From: an uncultured virus (IMG/VR IMGVR_UViG_3300029305_005420)
Lineage: Duplodnaviria; Heunggongvirae; Uroviricota; Caudoviricetes
Length of the DNA stretch: 20,000 nucleotides
Direction: 5' to 3' (one strand)
IMG/VR virus record: IMGVR_UViG_3300029305_005420
The notes beneath the pieces are model-generated. The model worked only from the letters and a program-made list of their open reading frames with translations, did no database searches and was not told where the DNA came from. The position numbers and the translations under genes are program-made. Positions 9,506 to 17,347 of the stretch are shown here, piece after piece (the first letter of the stretch is position 1; each line of letters begins with the position of its first letter).

Positions 9506-10296
9506 TTTTTATCGTCCCATCTTTCCACTTCTACTATTTCTGTTTCTGACAGGTCAACATAGCAGTCTCGTTCCTTAAAACCCCTTCTTAAATAGTCGTG
9601 ACCGCCGTCAACTGTACATGCACCACAGCTACAGGTTACATAGTCGTGTCGGTACTTTGACTCGATGACATCACCACACAGCTTGCATTGAATTGCATTT
9701 CTCAGAATTTTTCTTCTGAGGGTCGCTGTAATTTTACCTTTATCTGTTGGTGGGTGGGAGTTTGATTTTAATAGCTCGTCCAAGGTGCGAGGTGTGTAGT
9801 CCATGTACTTCATCATACAGCCAACATTTATCAGCCTACAGGGAATTCTCATATCCCATATGTTTTCCTTGAACTTCTCTACCAACCGCCACTCAACAGA
9901 GTTATGTACATGTCCGTAAAGCATAACGGCACCGTACCGCTGATTCTTATAAAAAAGCATTGGGTAGTGTGAGAGGATAACTAACCGCCCCTCATCGTTT
10001 ACTTCCCCGTAAGATTCAATGGACTCATAATAGTCCTTTAGCCTTCCGTTAACTCTGTCGTGGTTACCACGGATGAGGTGTTTGTGACCGTTAAGCCTCT
10101 GAATCAGTTTTACGCTGTTCTCTTCGTTTTTCCAAAAGCCGTCACCGAGGATATATACTGTATCCTCTTCGCTGACCCGACTATTCCAATTTTCAACAAG
10201 AGTCTCGTTCATTTTCTCTACGCTTACGAAGGGTCTATCGTCAAACCCGATGACGTTTTCATGACAAAAATGCATGTCCGAAATATAAAAAATCAA
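9502..10296 (-). CDS. Calcineurin-like metallophosphoesterase fused to a C-terminal Cys-rich (CxxC...H...CxC...DGG) domain
   Basis: Motifs SDMH, LGD, GNHD, LSHYP, GHVH, INVG; tail ILRNAIQCKLCGDVIES...HDYVTCSCGACTVDGGHDYLRR. Likely start is TTG 10296 after a GGAG RBS (ORF track start 10305). Confidence 0.88.
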   Translation of the reverse strand: MIFYISDMHFCHENVIGFDDRPFVSVEKMNETLVENWNSRVSEEDTVYILGDGFWKNEENSVKLIQRLNGHKHLIRGNHDRVNGRLKDYYESIESYGEVNDEGRLVILSHYPMLFYKNQRYGAVMLYGHVHNSVEWRLVEKFKENIWDMRIPCRLINVGCMMKYMDYTPRTLDELLKSNSHPPTDKGKITATLRRKILRNAIQCKLCGDVIESKYRHDYVTCSCGACTVDGGHDYLRRGFKERDCYVDLSETEIVEVERWDDKK

Positions 10297-10361
10297 AATT
10301 ATCACTCCAAGGCCGTTTACTTTTCCTCCTGCCGTGGCCTAAAGGTAGGAGGTGCTCTTTA

Positions 10362-10724
10362 ATGATTACAGAAAATCAAAAACAACAAATCAAAATGCTC
10401 TACGCTCACGGTAAAGACTGTAAGGAAATCGCAGACATTTTAAAGGTGTCGTATCGACAAGTTTATTATTGTTGTACCAAAGAAAACGATGTGTGCTTAC
10501 AATGTGGCAAACCTATAAAACAGCATCCGCACAGAAAGAAAAAACTGTTCTGTTGTGATAAATGCCGCATCACATGGTGGAACCACAACAAAAGTGCTAA
10601 CCGCAGTCTTCCGAGTCACACGCAGGTTTGCAAATCCTGTCGCCAAACCTTCCACACTTATAAATCAAAGCATCAGCAATACTGTTCTCGAAAATGCTAT
10701 GCCGATGCTCGTAGGAAGGGGTGA
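10362..10724 (+). CDS. HTH plus Cys-rich zinc-finger protein, 120 aa (putative DNA-binding regulator)
   Basis: AGGAGG RBS, N-terminal HTH (CKEIADILKVSYRQV), four CxxC-type clusters (CLQC, CCDKC, CKSC, CSRKC). This gene type commonly precedes Firmicute SHOCT-recombinase cassettes. Confidence 0.8.
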   Translation: MITENQKQQIKMLYAHGKDCKEIADILKVSYRQVYYCCTKENDVCLQCGKPIKQHPHRKKKLFCCDKCRITWWNHNKSANRSLPSHTQVCKSCRQTFHTYKSKHQQYCSRKCYADARRKG

Positions 10725-10728
10725 TTTT

Positions 10729-10923
10729 ATGGATGATTTAAAGATAAAAGTTTTTAATTACAGGCTCGCTATGAATATCGCTAACAGGCTCTACCATCAG
10801 GGCATTTTGTCAAGACAAGAGTACGACAAAATTGATACAATTATGACCAAAAAATACGGGTTATCTTTGTGTAGTGTATTCCGAGATAAAGAGCCATATT
10901 TACTTGATAATAACACGCTTTAG
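10729..10923 (+). CDS. Small SHOCT-like protein, 64 aa
   Basis: ATG 10729 after GGAAGGGGTG; L...GILSRQEYDKI SHOCT-like helix pair; immediately upstream of the recombinase pair. Confidence 0.75.
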   Translation: MDDLKIKVFNYRLAMNIANRLYHQGILSRQEYDKIDTIMTKKYGLSLCSVFRDKEPYLLDNNTL

Positions 10924-10933
10924 AGTTAATATG
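10904..10933 (+). promoter_or_regulatory. Putative sigmaA-type promoter for the recombinase pair; copy 1 of a 16-bp repeat
   Basis: TTGATA (10904-10909), 17 bp, TAATAT (10927-10932). CTTTAGAGTTAATATG at 10918-10933 is identical to 19346-19361. Confidence 0.55.
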
Positions 10934-10956
10934 TCACACTACAAGGAGGCGATTTA

Positions 10957-12255
10957 TTGCAGAGAATCATTACCAAAGTAAACACCTTCATACCCGTTCA
11001 GCCGAAAGCAGAAAGGGTGGCGGCATACGCACGAGTTTCCACCGGAAAGGATGCTATGAGGCATTCCCTGTCAGCTCAGGTCAGTTACTACAGCGACCTG
11101 ATACAAAACCACAACGGTTGGCTTTATTGTGGTGTGTATGCTGATGAGGCTCTCACTGGCACAAAAGACGGCAGAGAGCAGTTCCAAAGAATGCTCAAAG
11201 ATTGTAGGGAAGGTAAACTCGACAGAATACTCACTAAGAGTATTTCGAGGTTCTGCAGGAACACAGTAACCTTGCTTGAAACAATCCGTGAATTAAAACT
11301 TCTCGGAATTGATGTTTTCTTTGAGGAACAGAACATCCACACCTTAAGTTCTGACGGAGAGCTTATGCTGACAATCCTTGCTTCCTATGCACAAGCAGAA
11401 AGTTTTTCAGCAAGCGAAAATCTGAAATGGCGTATAAGGAAGAGCTTTGAAGAGGGCGAGATTTTCTGCATGAGTGACATGTACGGTTACGACAAGATAA
11501 ACAAGCAGATGGTAATTAACAAGACCGAGGCAGTTATAGTCAAAGAGATTTTTGCAAGAGCTATTGATGGCGAGAGCTTAAACTCAATAGCAGAGGACTT
11601 AAACGCTCGTGGCTACACTACCAAACGAGGCAAAATGTGGAATGCCTATAGACTTGCTTGTATGCTTCGAAATGAAAAGTATACCGGCAACTCCCTGCTC
11701 CAAAAAACCTACATGAACAATCACTTACAGAAAAAGAAGCTCAAGAACACAGGTCAACTCGCACAGTATTATGCCGAGAATACCCACGAAGCTATTATCG
11801 ATTCAGATACCTTTGAACAGGCTAAAGTTGTTATGGCAGAAAAAGCAAAAGCCTGCGAAAGTTACTCACACCACACCACCACAATGTTTACAAGTTATAT
11901 AAGGTGTGGTAAATGTGGTAAAAACTACCGCAGGGGATGTCAAAACAACAGACATTTTTGGAATTGCACAACCTTCCTTTCCAAAGGCAAAAAATACTGC
12001 CATGAGCCTCGCATACCGGAAGATACCCTTTACAGACTTACCGCCGAGGTCATTGGCATCCCTGATTTTACAGAGGATGATTTGTTTAATAGCGTGGTAG
12101 ATATTATGGCTTTTGACCATTCCTTAACCTTTACACTTCAAAACGGAGAGCAGGTAACAAAGGAGTGGGAGGCTAAATCAAGGAGTCAAAGTTGGACTCC
12201 TGAAATGAAAGAAAAAGCTCGCCAATTAGCAATCAAGCAAAGGAGTAAACAATGA
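10957..12255 (+). CDS. Large serine recombinase 1 (resolvase + recombinase + Zn-ribbon, no long coiled coil), 432 aa
   Basis: TTG start with AAGGAGG RBS; YARVST catalytic motif, TKSISRF.RN, NEKYTG, HEAII, CGKCG. Confidence 0.95.
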   Translation: MQRIITKVNTFIPVQPKAERVAAYARVSTGKDAMRHSLSAQVSYYSDLIQNHNGWLYCGVYADEALTGTKDGREQFQRMLKDCREGKLDRILTKSISRFCRNTVTLLETIRELKLLGIDVFFEEQNIHTLSSDGELMLTILASYAQAESFSASENLKWRIRKSFEEGEIFCMSDMYGYDKINKQMVINKTEAVIVKEIFARAIDGESLNSIAEDLNARGYTTKRGKMWNAYRLACMLRNEKYTGNSLLQKTYMNNHLQKKKLKNTGQLAQYYAENTHEAIIDSDTFEQAKVVMAEKAKACESYSHHTTTMFTSYIRCGKCGKNYRRGCQNNRHFWNCTTFLSKGKKYCHEPRIPEDTLYRLTAEVIGIPDFTEDDLFNSVVDIMAFDHSLTFTLQNGEQVTKEWEAKSRSQSWTPEMKEKARQLAIKQRSKQ

Positions 12256-13835
12256 CACCAAGAAAAGTAACGGTGATACCACCAACAATAAACATAGTGA
12301 CAATGGCACCTAACGATGCCGTAGTAAAAAGAAGAACCGCCGGTTATGCTCGTGTTTCTACCGATTCTGATGAGCAGTTCACCTCTTATGAAGCACAGGT
12401 TGATTACTACACAGAGTTCATTAAAAACAACTCCGAATGGGAGTTTGTAAAGGTGTATACCGATGAAGGTATAACAGGCACAAGCACAAAACACCGAGAC
12501 GGGTTCAATGAAATGATAAAGGATGCCTTGGACGGCAAAATCGACCTCATCATAACAAAGTCAATCAGCCGATTTGCTCGTAACACAGTTGACACCCTTG
12601 TTAATGTAAGAAAGCTCAAGGAACACGGTGTTGAGGTGTTCTTTGAAAAAGAAAACATTTATACCTTTGACAGCAAAGGTGAGGTAATGATAACAATCAT
12701 GTCTTCCCTTGCTCAAGAAGAAAGCCGTTCAATTTCCGAAAATGTAACATGGGGACAGAGAAAACGCTTTGCAGACGGCAAGGTCAGTCTCCCTTATAAA
12801 AACTTCCTCGGTTACAGAAAAGGTGAAAACGACCTACCTGAAATTGTACAGGAGGAAGCAGAGGTTGTACGATACATTTATCGATTGTTCCTTGATGGTT
12901 TAACATTGTCCGTAATTGCAAACAGGCTTCAAGCCGAAGGCATCCCTACACCTTCAGGCAAAGAGCAATGGCGAAAGTCCACCATCGACAGTATTCTCAC
13001 AAACGAGAAATACAAGGGTGATGCCCTGCTTCAAAAGAAGTTTACAGTAGACTTTTTAACTAAGAAGCAAAAGGTAAACGAGGGTGAAGTTCCACAGTAT
13101 TATGTTCAGAACAGTCACCCGGCAATAATACCGCCTGACGAATGGGAAGCTGTCCAACGAGAACTTGACCGAAGGAAACGCCTCCAAGGTAAATATCGCT
13201 GTAACGATATTCTTTCTTGCCGTATTGTCTGCGGTGACTGTGGGGAATTCTACGGTTCAAAAGTGTGGCATTCAAACAGTAAATACCGCCGCACAATATG
13301 GCAATGCAACAGCAAGTTCAACAACGGCTGTAAGACACCCACCCTTGACGGGGAAGCCATCCGTGTTGGGTTCATTACTGCCATTAACCTACTGCTTGAA
13401 AACAAAGAAGATGTCCTCGACAATTGTCGCATTATTCAAAGTACTCTACGAGGCACAGAAGAGCTCGACTCAGAGCTAACTGAAACCTTGCAGGAAATAG
13501 AAATCGTGGCAGAGCTTACCAAAAAATGCATTCAAGAAAACTCATCAAGAGCTATAAGTCAGGCAGAGTTCAACGCTAAATATGACGGCTATGTTGACAG
13601 ATACCAAAAGGCAAAAGAAAAGGCTGAAAGGCTACAAGCCTTAAAACAAGAACGCCTAAGAAATGCTGACGCTCTTAGTGCCTTTATGTTCAAACTAAAG
13701 GAGCTTGAATTTATCTCCGAATTTGACAGTCGACTATGGATGTCCGGCATCGACACCGTAACCGCATACCACGATGGAAGGCTTGTGTATAAATTCATAA
13801 GTGGTCACGAAATAACACTTAATCAGTCTGAATAA
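12252..13835 (+). CDS. Large serine recombinase 2 (with Zn-ribbon and coiled coil), 527 aa
   Basis: ATGA overlap with recombinase 1; YARVST, TKSISRFARN, AQEESRSISEN, NEKYKG, HPAII, CGDCG, C-terminal coiled coil. Confidence 0.95.
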   Translation: MTPRKVTVIPPTINIVTMAPNDAVVKRRTAGYARVSTDSDEQFTSYEAQVDYYTEFIKNNSEWEFVKVYTDEGITGTSTKHRDGFNEMIKDALDGKIDLIITKSISRFARNTVDTLVNVRKLKEHGVEVFFEKENIYTFDSKGEVMITIMSSLAQEESRSISENVTWGQRKRFADGKVSLPYKNFLGYRKGENDLPEIVQEEAEVVRYIYRLFLDGLTLSVIANRLQAEGIPTPSGKEQWRKSTIDSILTNEKYKGDALLQKKFTVDFLTKKQKVNEGEVPQYYVQNSHPAIIPPDEWEAVQRELDRRKRLQGKYRCNDILSCRIVCGDCGEFYGSKVWHSNSKYRRTIWQCNSKFNNGCKTPTLDGEAIRVGFITAINLLLENKEDVLDNCRIIQSTLRGTEELDSELTETLQEIEIVAELTKKCIQENSSRAISQAEFNAKYDGYVDRYQKAKEKAERLQALKQERLRNADALSAFMFKLKELEFISEFDSRLWMSGIDTVTAYHDGRLVYKFISGHEITLNQSE

Positions 13836-14521
13836 AACTCCTTCATATCATCAAGCCTTAAGCAAGCAAGTCGGCCGTCTTCATAACCACAACCACAATC
13901 AATGCCTATAGCATTTTCCCCTTTCCATATGCAAAAGGGATAATCGAGTTGAAAATGAGCTGTGGGAGTATGCCCGAAAATCATTGTATAACCTTCAGGG
14001 ACAGGTTGGTTTTTCGTCCAACGCTCCCACACAGCAAACTCGTTCTCATCAAAGTAATTCATATAGTCCGCATCGTCTAATCCGAAGTTTTCTATCGGAG
14101 AGGCGTGTACCAATTTGTATTTTATCCCGTTAACTTCAACATCAATGTTAATGGGAAGCTGTGAAATAAATTTGAATATCTCTGCTCGTACATCTTTACG
14201 AATGTGGAGTAAATAATTGTGTGTGCCAATGCCACCGTTTCTATACCATACCCTACGCATTTTCCAGTTGGTTTTTTCTTTCTCTTCGGCGGCATCTTTA
14301 CAATTTCCGATGGATTCCATCATCATATGCTCGTGGTTGCCCTTAAGCATTTTGACATTTTCCATCTGCATAAGTTTCCTGAGTATGCGAAGTCCGTCAG
14401 GATACCTGTCAATAACATCACCGAGGACATATAAAGTATCCTCTTTTTGTAGTTTTATTTGCTTCATTATTGACTCAAAACGCTCAAGATGTCCGTGTAT
14501 ATCAGCCATTACATATATCAT
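13823..14521 (-). CDS. PPP-family Ser/Thr protein phosphatase-like metallophosphoesterase (lambda phosphatase/PrpA-like), 232 aa
   Basis: DIHG, GDVIDR, GNHE, VHA, FGHTP, IDCG motifs all present. Confidence 0.92.
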   Translation of the reverse strand: MIYVMADIHGHLERFESIMKQIKLQKEDTLYVLGDVIDRYPDGLRILRKLMQMENVKMLKGNHEHMMMESIGNCKDAAEEKEKTNWKMRRVWYRNGGIGTHNYLLHIRKDVRAEIFKFISQLPINIDVEVNGIKYKLVHASPIENFGLDDADYMNYFDENEFAVWERWTKNQPVPEGYTMIFGHTPTAHFQLDYPFCIWKGENAIGIDCGCGYEDGRLACLRLDDMKEFYSD

Positions 14522-14524
14522 CTT

Positions 14525-15385
14525 TTACACCGGAAATAACATATCATCTAAGGCCGATTGCTCTTCAGTCGGTCTTCTTTTCTTCTTGGGTTTATCCACA
14601 TTATATATGTCGTTTATGTTCAAATAGCAGTACTTGATTTTTCTTGTGTAAATGATAAACATTGCCTCAGCATACCCCTTTGCACCGGGCAGTCGTTCCT
14701 TTGCAGAGCGTATTATTTCTTTTGGACTTACCACAGAGAGCTTGTCTTTGAACATATCATCGGTAATCTTATCACCAAACGCCTCAATAAGAATTGCCAC
14801 ACCCTTAATCATACTGGCGGTGAGGGATTCTGCTTCACCCTCCCAAGCCATAACAACTAAACGCAAAGCTCTGTCCAAGGTATGGAAGCCGTATTTTTTA
14901 TAAACATACTCAAGTGCTCCCACGGCTCCGATGCAACAGTTATCCTTGGCTTTAGTAATCTTTAAATGGTATGACTCAACCACCGCCTTGATAGCAAGTT
15001 GCACATCGTTTTCCGCTTCTATGTTAGCGTTAAAAACATCATAAGCCGACAGCTTACGAACATGCTTCTGCTGATTAGCAAAAGTGTCGGCTTCCTTTAT
15101 GTATCCCATATCATCGTAAACCATACACCACACAGGGGTTTCACGAGAACCGGACACCATTGCAACTATCTCTATGGTGTGCTGTCCGTCAAACACATAA
15201 TTGACACCGTCACGCCTACTAACTTTGCAAGGGTTTATCTGATACAGGTCAAAGTTGTCAGCGGTTCTCTGTATGTGGTCTTTTGACAGGGACCTCTGAT
15301 ACTCTTGGTTTGACACTAAGTCACAGATACGAATTTGCTCAAAGTGTACATTAGGGACGAATAAACTATAATCTAACTCCTCCAT
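14525..15385 (-). CDS. ParB/Srx-fold protein with YQR and DGQH motifs (DUF6551-like), 286 aa
   Basis: GGAGG RBS; EYQRSL and NYVFDGQHT motifs of ParB-like/DGQHR domains. Confidence 0.75.
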   Translation of the reverse strand: MEELDYSLFVPNVHFEQIRICDLVSNQEYQRSLSKDHIQRTADNFDLYQINPCKVSRRDGVNYVFDGQHTIEIVAMVSGSRETPVWCMVYDDMGYIKEADTFANQQKHVRKLSAYDVFNANIEAENDVQLAIKAVVESYHLKITKAKDNCCIGAVGALEYVYKKYGFHTLDRALRLVVMAWEGEAESLTASMIKGVAILIEAFGDKITDDMFKDKLSVVSPKEIIRSAKERLPGAKGYAEAMFIIYTRKIKYCYLNINDIYNVDKPKKKRRPTEEQSALDDMLFPV

Positions 15386-16280
15386 TGTTGCTTTCCTCCA
15401 TTTCGTATAAGAAGTTGCTTATAACACCGGTTAATGAAACAAGAGCCAATCGGAGTTTTTGCTTTGTTTCCAAATCGGCGGCTTCCATATTAGCAACCTT
15501 CATTACTCGCATAATTGAACCTTCCCAAGTAGGGACTGTATATATAAGGCTCTTAAGTTCTGAATTAGGGTCGTATTTAGGAGGCTCTTTCACAGACTGT
15601 GTCCCCATAACTCGTTCCCCTGAACTGCTATTCTTAGGCTGAATTGCCGGTCTTACTTCCTCACCGAAAACCCTATTGCCGTTTAGCAGTTTATTAAAAG
15701 CCTGATTACGAGGTGTAGGTGATAACTTCATTATCGCCTGTAGCGTTTCTATTGACACCTTAACCTCTTTATTCATAACCATCCAAAACAGCTCTTCTGA
15801 AATCTCAGCTACCTCAGTCAAGGTTTCAGCAAGAACACCGTATTTGTAAACAGTCTGTACTGATATAGAAAATTCCCTTGCTAATCGTTCTCGTGTTTCC
15901 ATTGCAGAGCTGTCATAGCAATACTGTCCGTCACATTCATGTGGCTTGGCTTTTGCTATGGCTTTCTCTACATGAAAACGAGTGCCTATTAGAAACTTTT
16001 TCATCATTTCATTTTTAGGTGATAGTTTCAATTGCATTTTGCAAACCTCTGAAATAGCAACCTCCTTTGAAGGGTATTTCCGTGTTCTTAATCTGTACCT
16101 GATGTCGTTCTGTTTGCATATTTCAAAAGCCTCAAACCCCATAAGCAAAGTGCCTTGCCAAGTAAAGAAAGTCTGTATGTGTCCTTTCTCAACAATATCG
16201 TGTTCTAATGCCTCTTTTTCTGTTTGGTTCAAGGGCAATTCTAAATGCCTAAATATAGGGTCTATTTTAAGCATCTTCAT
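15366..16280 (-). CDS. Degenerate ParB-N-like domain plus HTH protein, 304 aa
   Basis: AAGGAG RBS; LKIDP.F..L..PL...E...LE..I...G...W.G.L..G....EIC layout of ParB-like N-domains; HTH TRERLAREFSISVQTVYKY. Confidence 0.7.
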   Translation of the reverse strand: MKMLKIDPIFRHLELPLNQTEKEALEHDIVEKGHIQTFFTWQGTLLMGFEAFEICKQNDIRYRLRTRKYPSKEVAISEVCKMQLKLSPKNEMMKKFLIGTRFHVEKAIAKAKPHECDGQYCYDSSAMETRERLAREFSISVQTVYKYGVLAETLTEVAEISEELFWMVMNKEVKVSIETLQAIMKLSPTPRNQAFNKLLNGNRVFGEEVRPAIQPKNSSSGERVMGTQSVKEPPKYDPNSELKSLIYTVPTWEGSIMRVMKVANMEAADLETKQKLRLALVSLTGVISNFLYEMEESNNGGVRL

Positions 16281-16653
16281 CTGTCTTGCTCCTTGTTAAA
16301 AGTTCTGTATAGTTAAGTATTTCAAATACCACTATGTTTTTATTTGGCATTTTAACACCCTCTAATCTGTAGGAGTTACCTAACTTAATCTCGTTGCACA
16401 CTCTGTTGATTTCTCTTAAAAGTGGTGTGCTTATAAGTTCCGAATAAGCTCGTCCATACCTACCTCCGTACAGCTTATGTGCTCCTGCCTCGTTTTTATC
16501 GGTTCCCATAACACCAATTGTCAGGTCATCCGGGTTAATAATCAGCAACACATATTCGGGGTTACCAAGAGCACTAATGGTCGTTCCGTGTAAGCGAATT
16601 CGACATCTTTTGCAATCAAGTGTCATAGCCGGTACTTTGTTGTTCATGTTCAT
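16267..16653 (-). CDS. Hypothetical protein, about 128 aa; AbrB-like beta-domain, probable paralogue of the two upstream domains
   Basis: GAGGAG RBS favours ATG 16653 over 16695; TLDCKRCRIRLHGTTISALGNPEYVLLIINP pattern. Confidence 0.75.
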   Translation of the reverse strand: MNMNNKVPAMTLDCKRCRIRLHGTTISALGNPEYVLLIINPDDLTIGVMGTDKNEAGAHKLYGGRYGRAYSELISTPLLREINRVCNEIKLGNSYRLEGVKMPNKNIVVFEILNYTELLTRSKTDEDA

Positions 16654-17347
16654 ATAAACTCTCCTCATTTTGATGTGATGTATTACTGTGGCCATTCCTG
16701 CGGTCTTTCACACCGAAAACAGTATAGCCATCAAAGATATTTACCTGTAATAGTTTTTTGTGTTCCTCTACCGGCAGACCGAACTGATTACGCCACTCTG
16801 CAGGGAAGGTTGGATTACGAGAGGTTCTTACTGTTCCATCCTCTCGCTTCATTCGTTGAAATACCTCTGTTGCTTTCAAGTCAAAGATAATGAGGTAATC
16901 ATCGTTACTGCGGATAATCTTACCTACCATCTTATATCTGTATTCAGGGTTCCATCCCATCAACTCAGATATTTTTGCAAAGAACATACGGCAGGTAATA
17001 CAGCGAGGCATTCTCTTTCCGTTAGGTCTTGTGTGGCACCATAAAAAGGAGTCTTTTGCCTCCTCTGTGCAAGGCCTAACAGCAAGAACTTTTGTTATAG
17101 GATTAACAAGGAACTGCACATAGTCAACTTCCGGCAATCTTCTCAAACAAGATGCATTTAAGTTAACCTTGCAATTATTAAAAGTAATGCCCGGTTCTCG
17201 CATGTGTGCAAAGAACTCGCTTCTGACTACTTGATAACCTTCATACGAGAAATTCTCGTCAAAGATTATGTCCCCTTCGTCTTTAGGCTTTACTGTATCC
17301 CCTTCGTCTTTAGGCGTCGTAGTAAAAATGTCTCTAAAATCAGCCAT
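16616..17347 (-). CDS. Recombinase-associated protein, 243 aa, homologous to the C-terminal domain of recombinase 3
   Basis: AGGAGG RBS, ATGGCTGA overlap with the recombinase 3 stop, alignable by eye with the recombinase 3 C-terminus. Confidence 0.85.
   Translation of the reverse strand: MADFRDIFTTTPKDEGDTVKPKDEGDIIFDENFSYEGYQVVRSEFFAHMREPGITFNNCKVNLNASCLRRLPEVDYVQFLVNPITKVLAVRPCTEEAKDSFLWCHTRPNGKRMPRCITCRMFFAKISELMGWNPEYRYKMVGKIIRSNDDYLIIFDLKATEVFQRMKREDGTVRTSRNPTFPAEWRNQFGLPVEEHKKLLQVNIFDGYTVFGVKDRRNGHSNTSHQNEESLYEHEQQSTGYDT
17271..17315. repeat. 18-bp direct repeat, 27-bp period (PKDEGD x2)
   Basis: TCCCCTTCGTCTTTAGGC at 17271-17288 and 17298-17315. Confidence 0.9.

Noticed and set aside
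10555..10728. N-terminal extension of the 122-aa ORF
   Set aside because: Overlaps the HTH/Zn-finger gene in another frame; the RBS supports a start at 10729.
10832..10840. TTGATACAA in the SHOCT-like gene as an inverted partner of TTGTATCAA at 19958-19966 (invertible segment)
   Set aside because: Only 9 AT-rich bp, lying in coding sequence (IDT); plausible by chance and unsupported without inversion reads.
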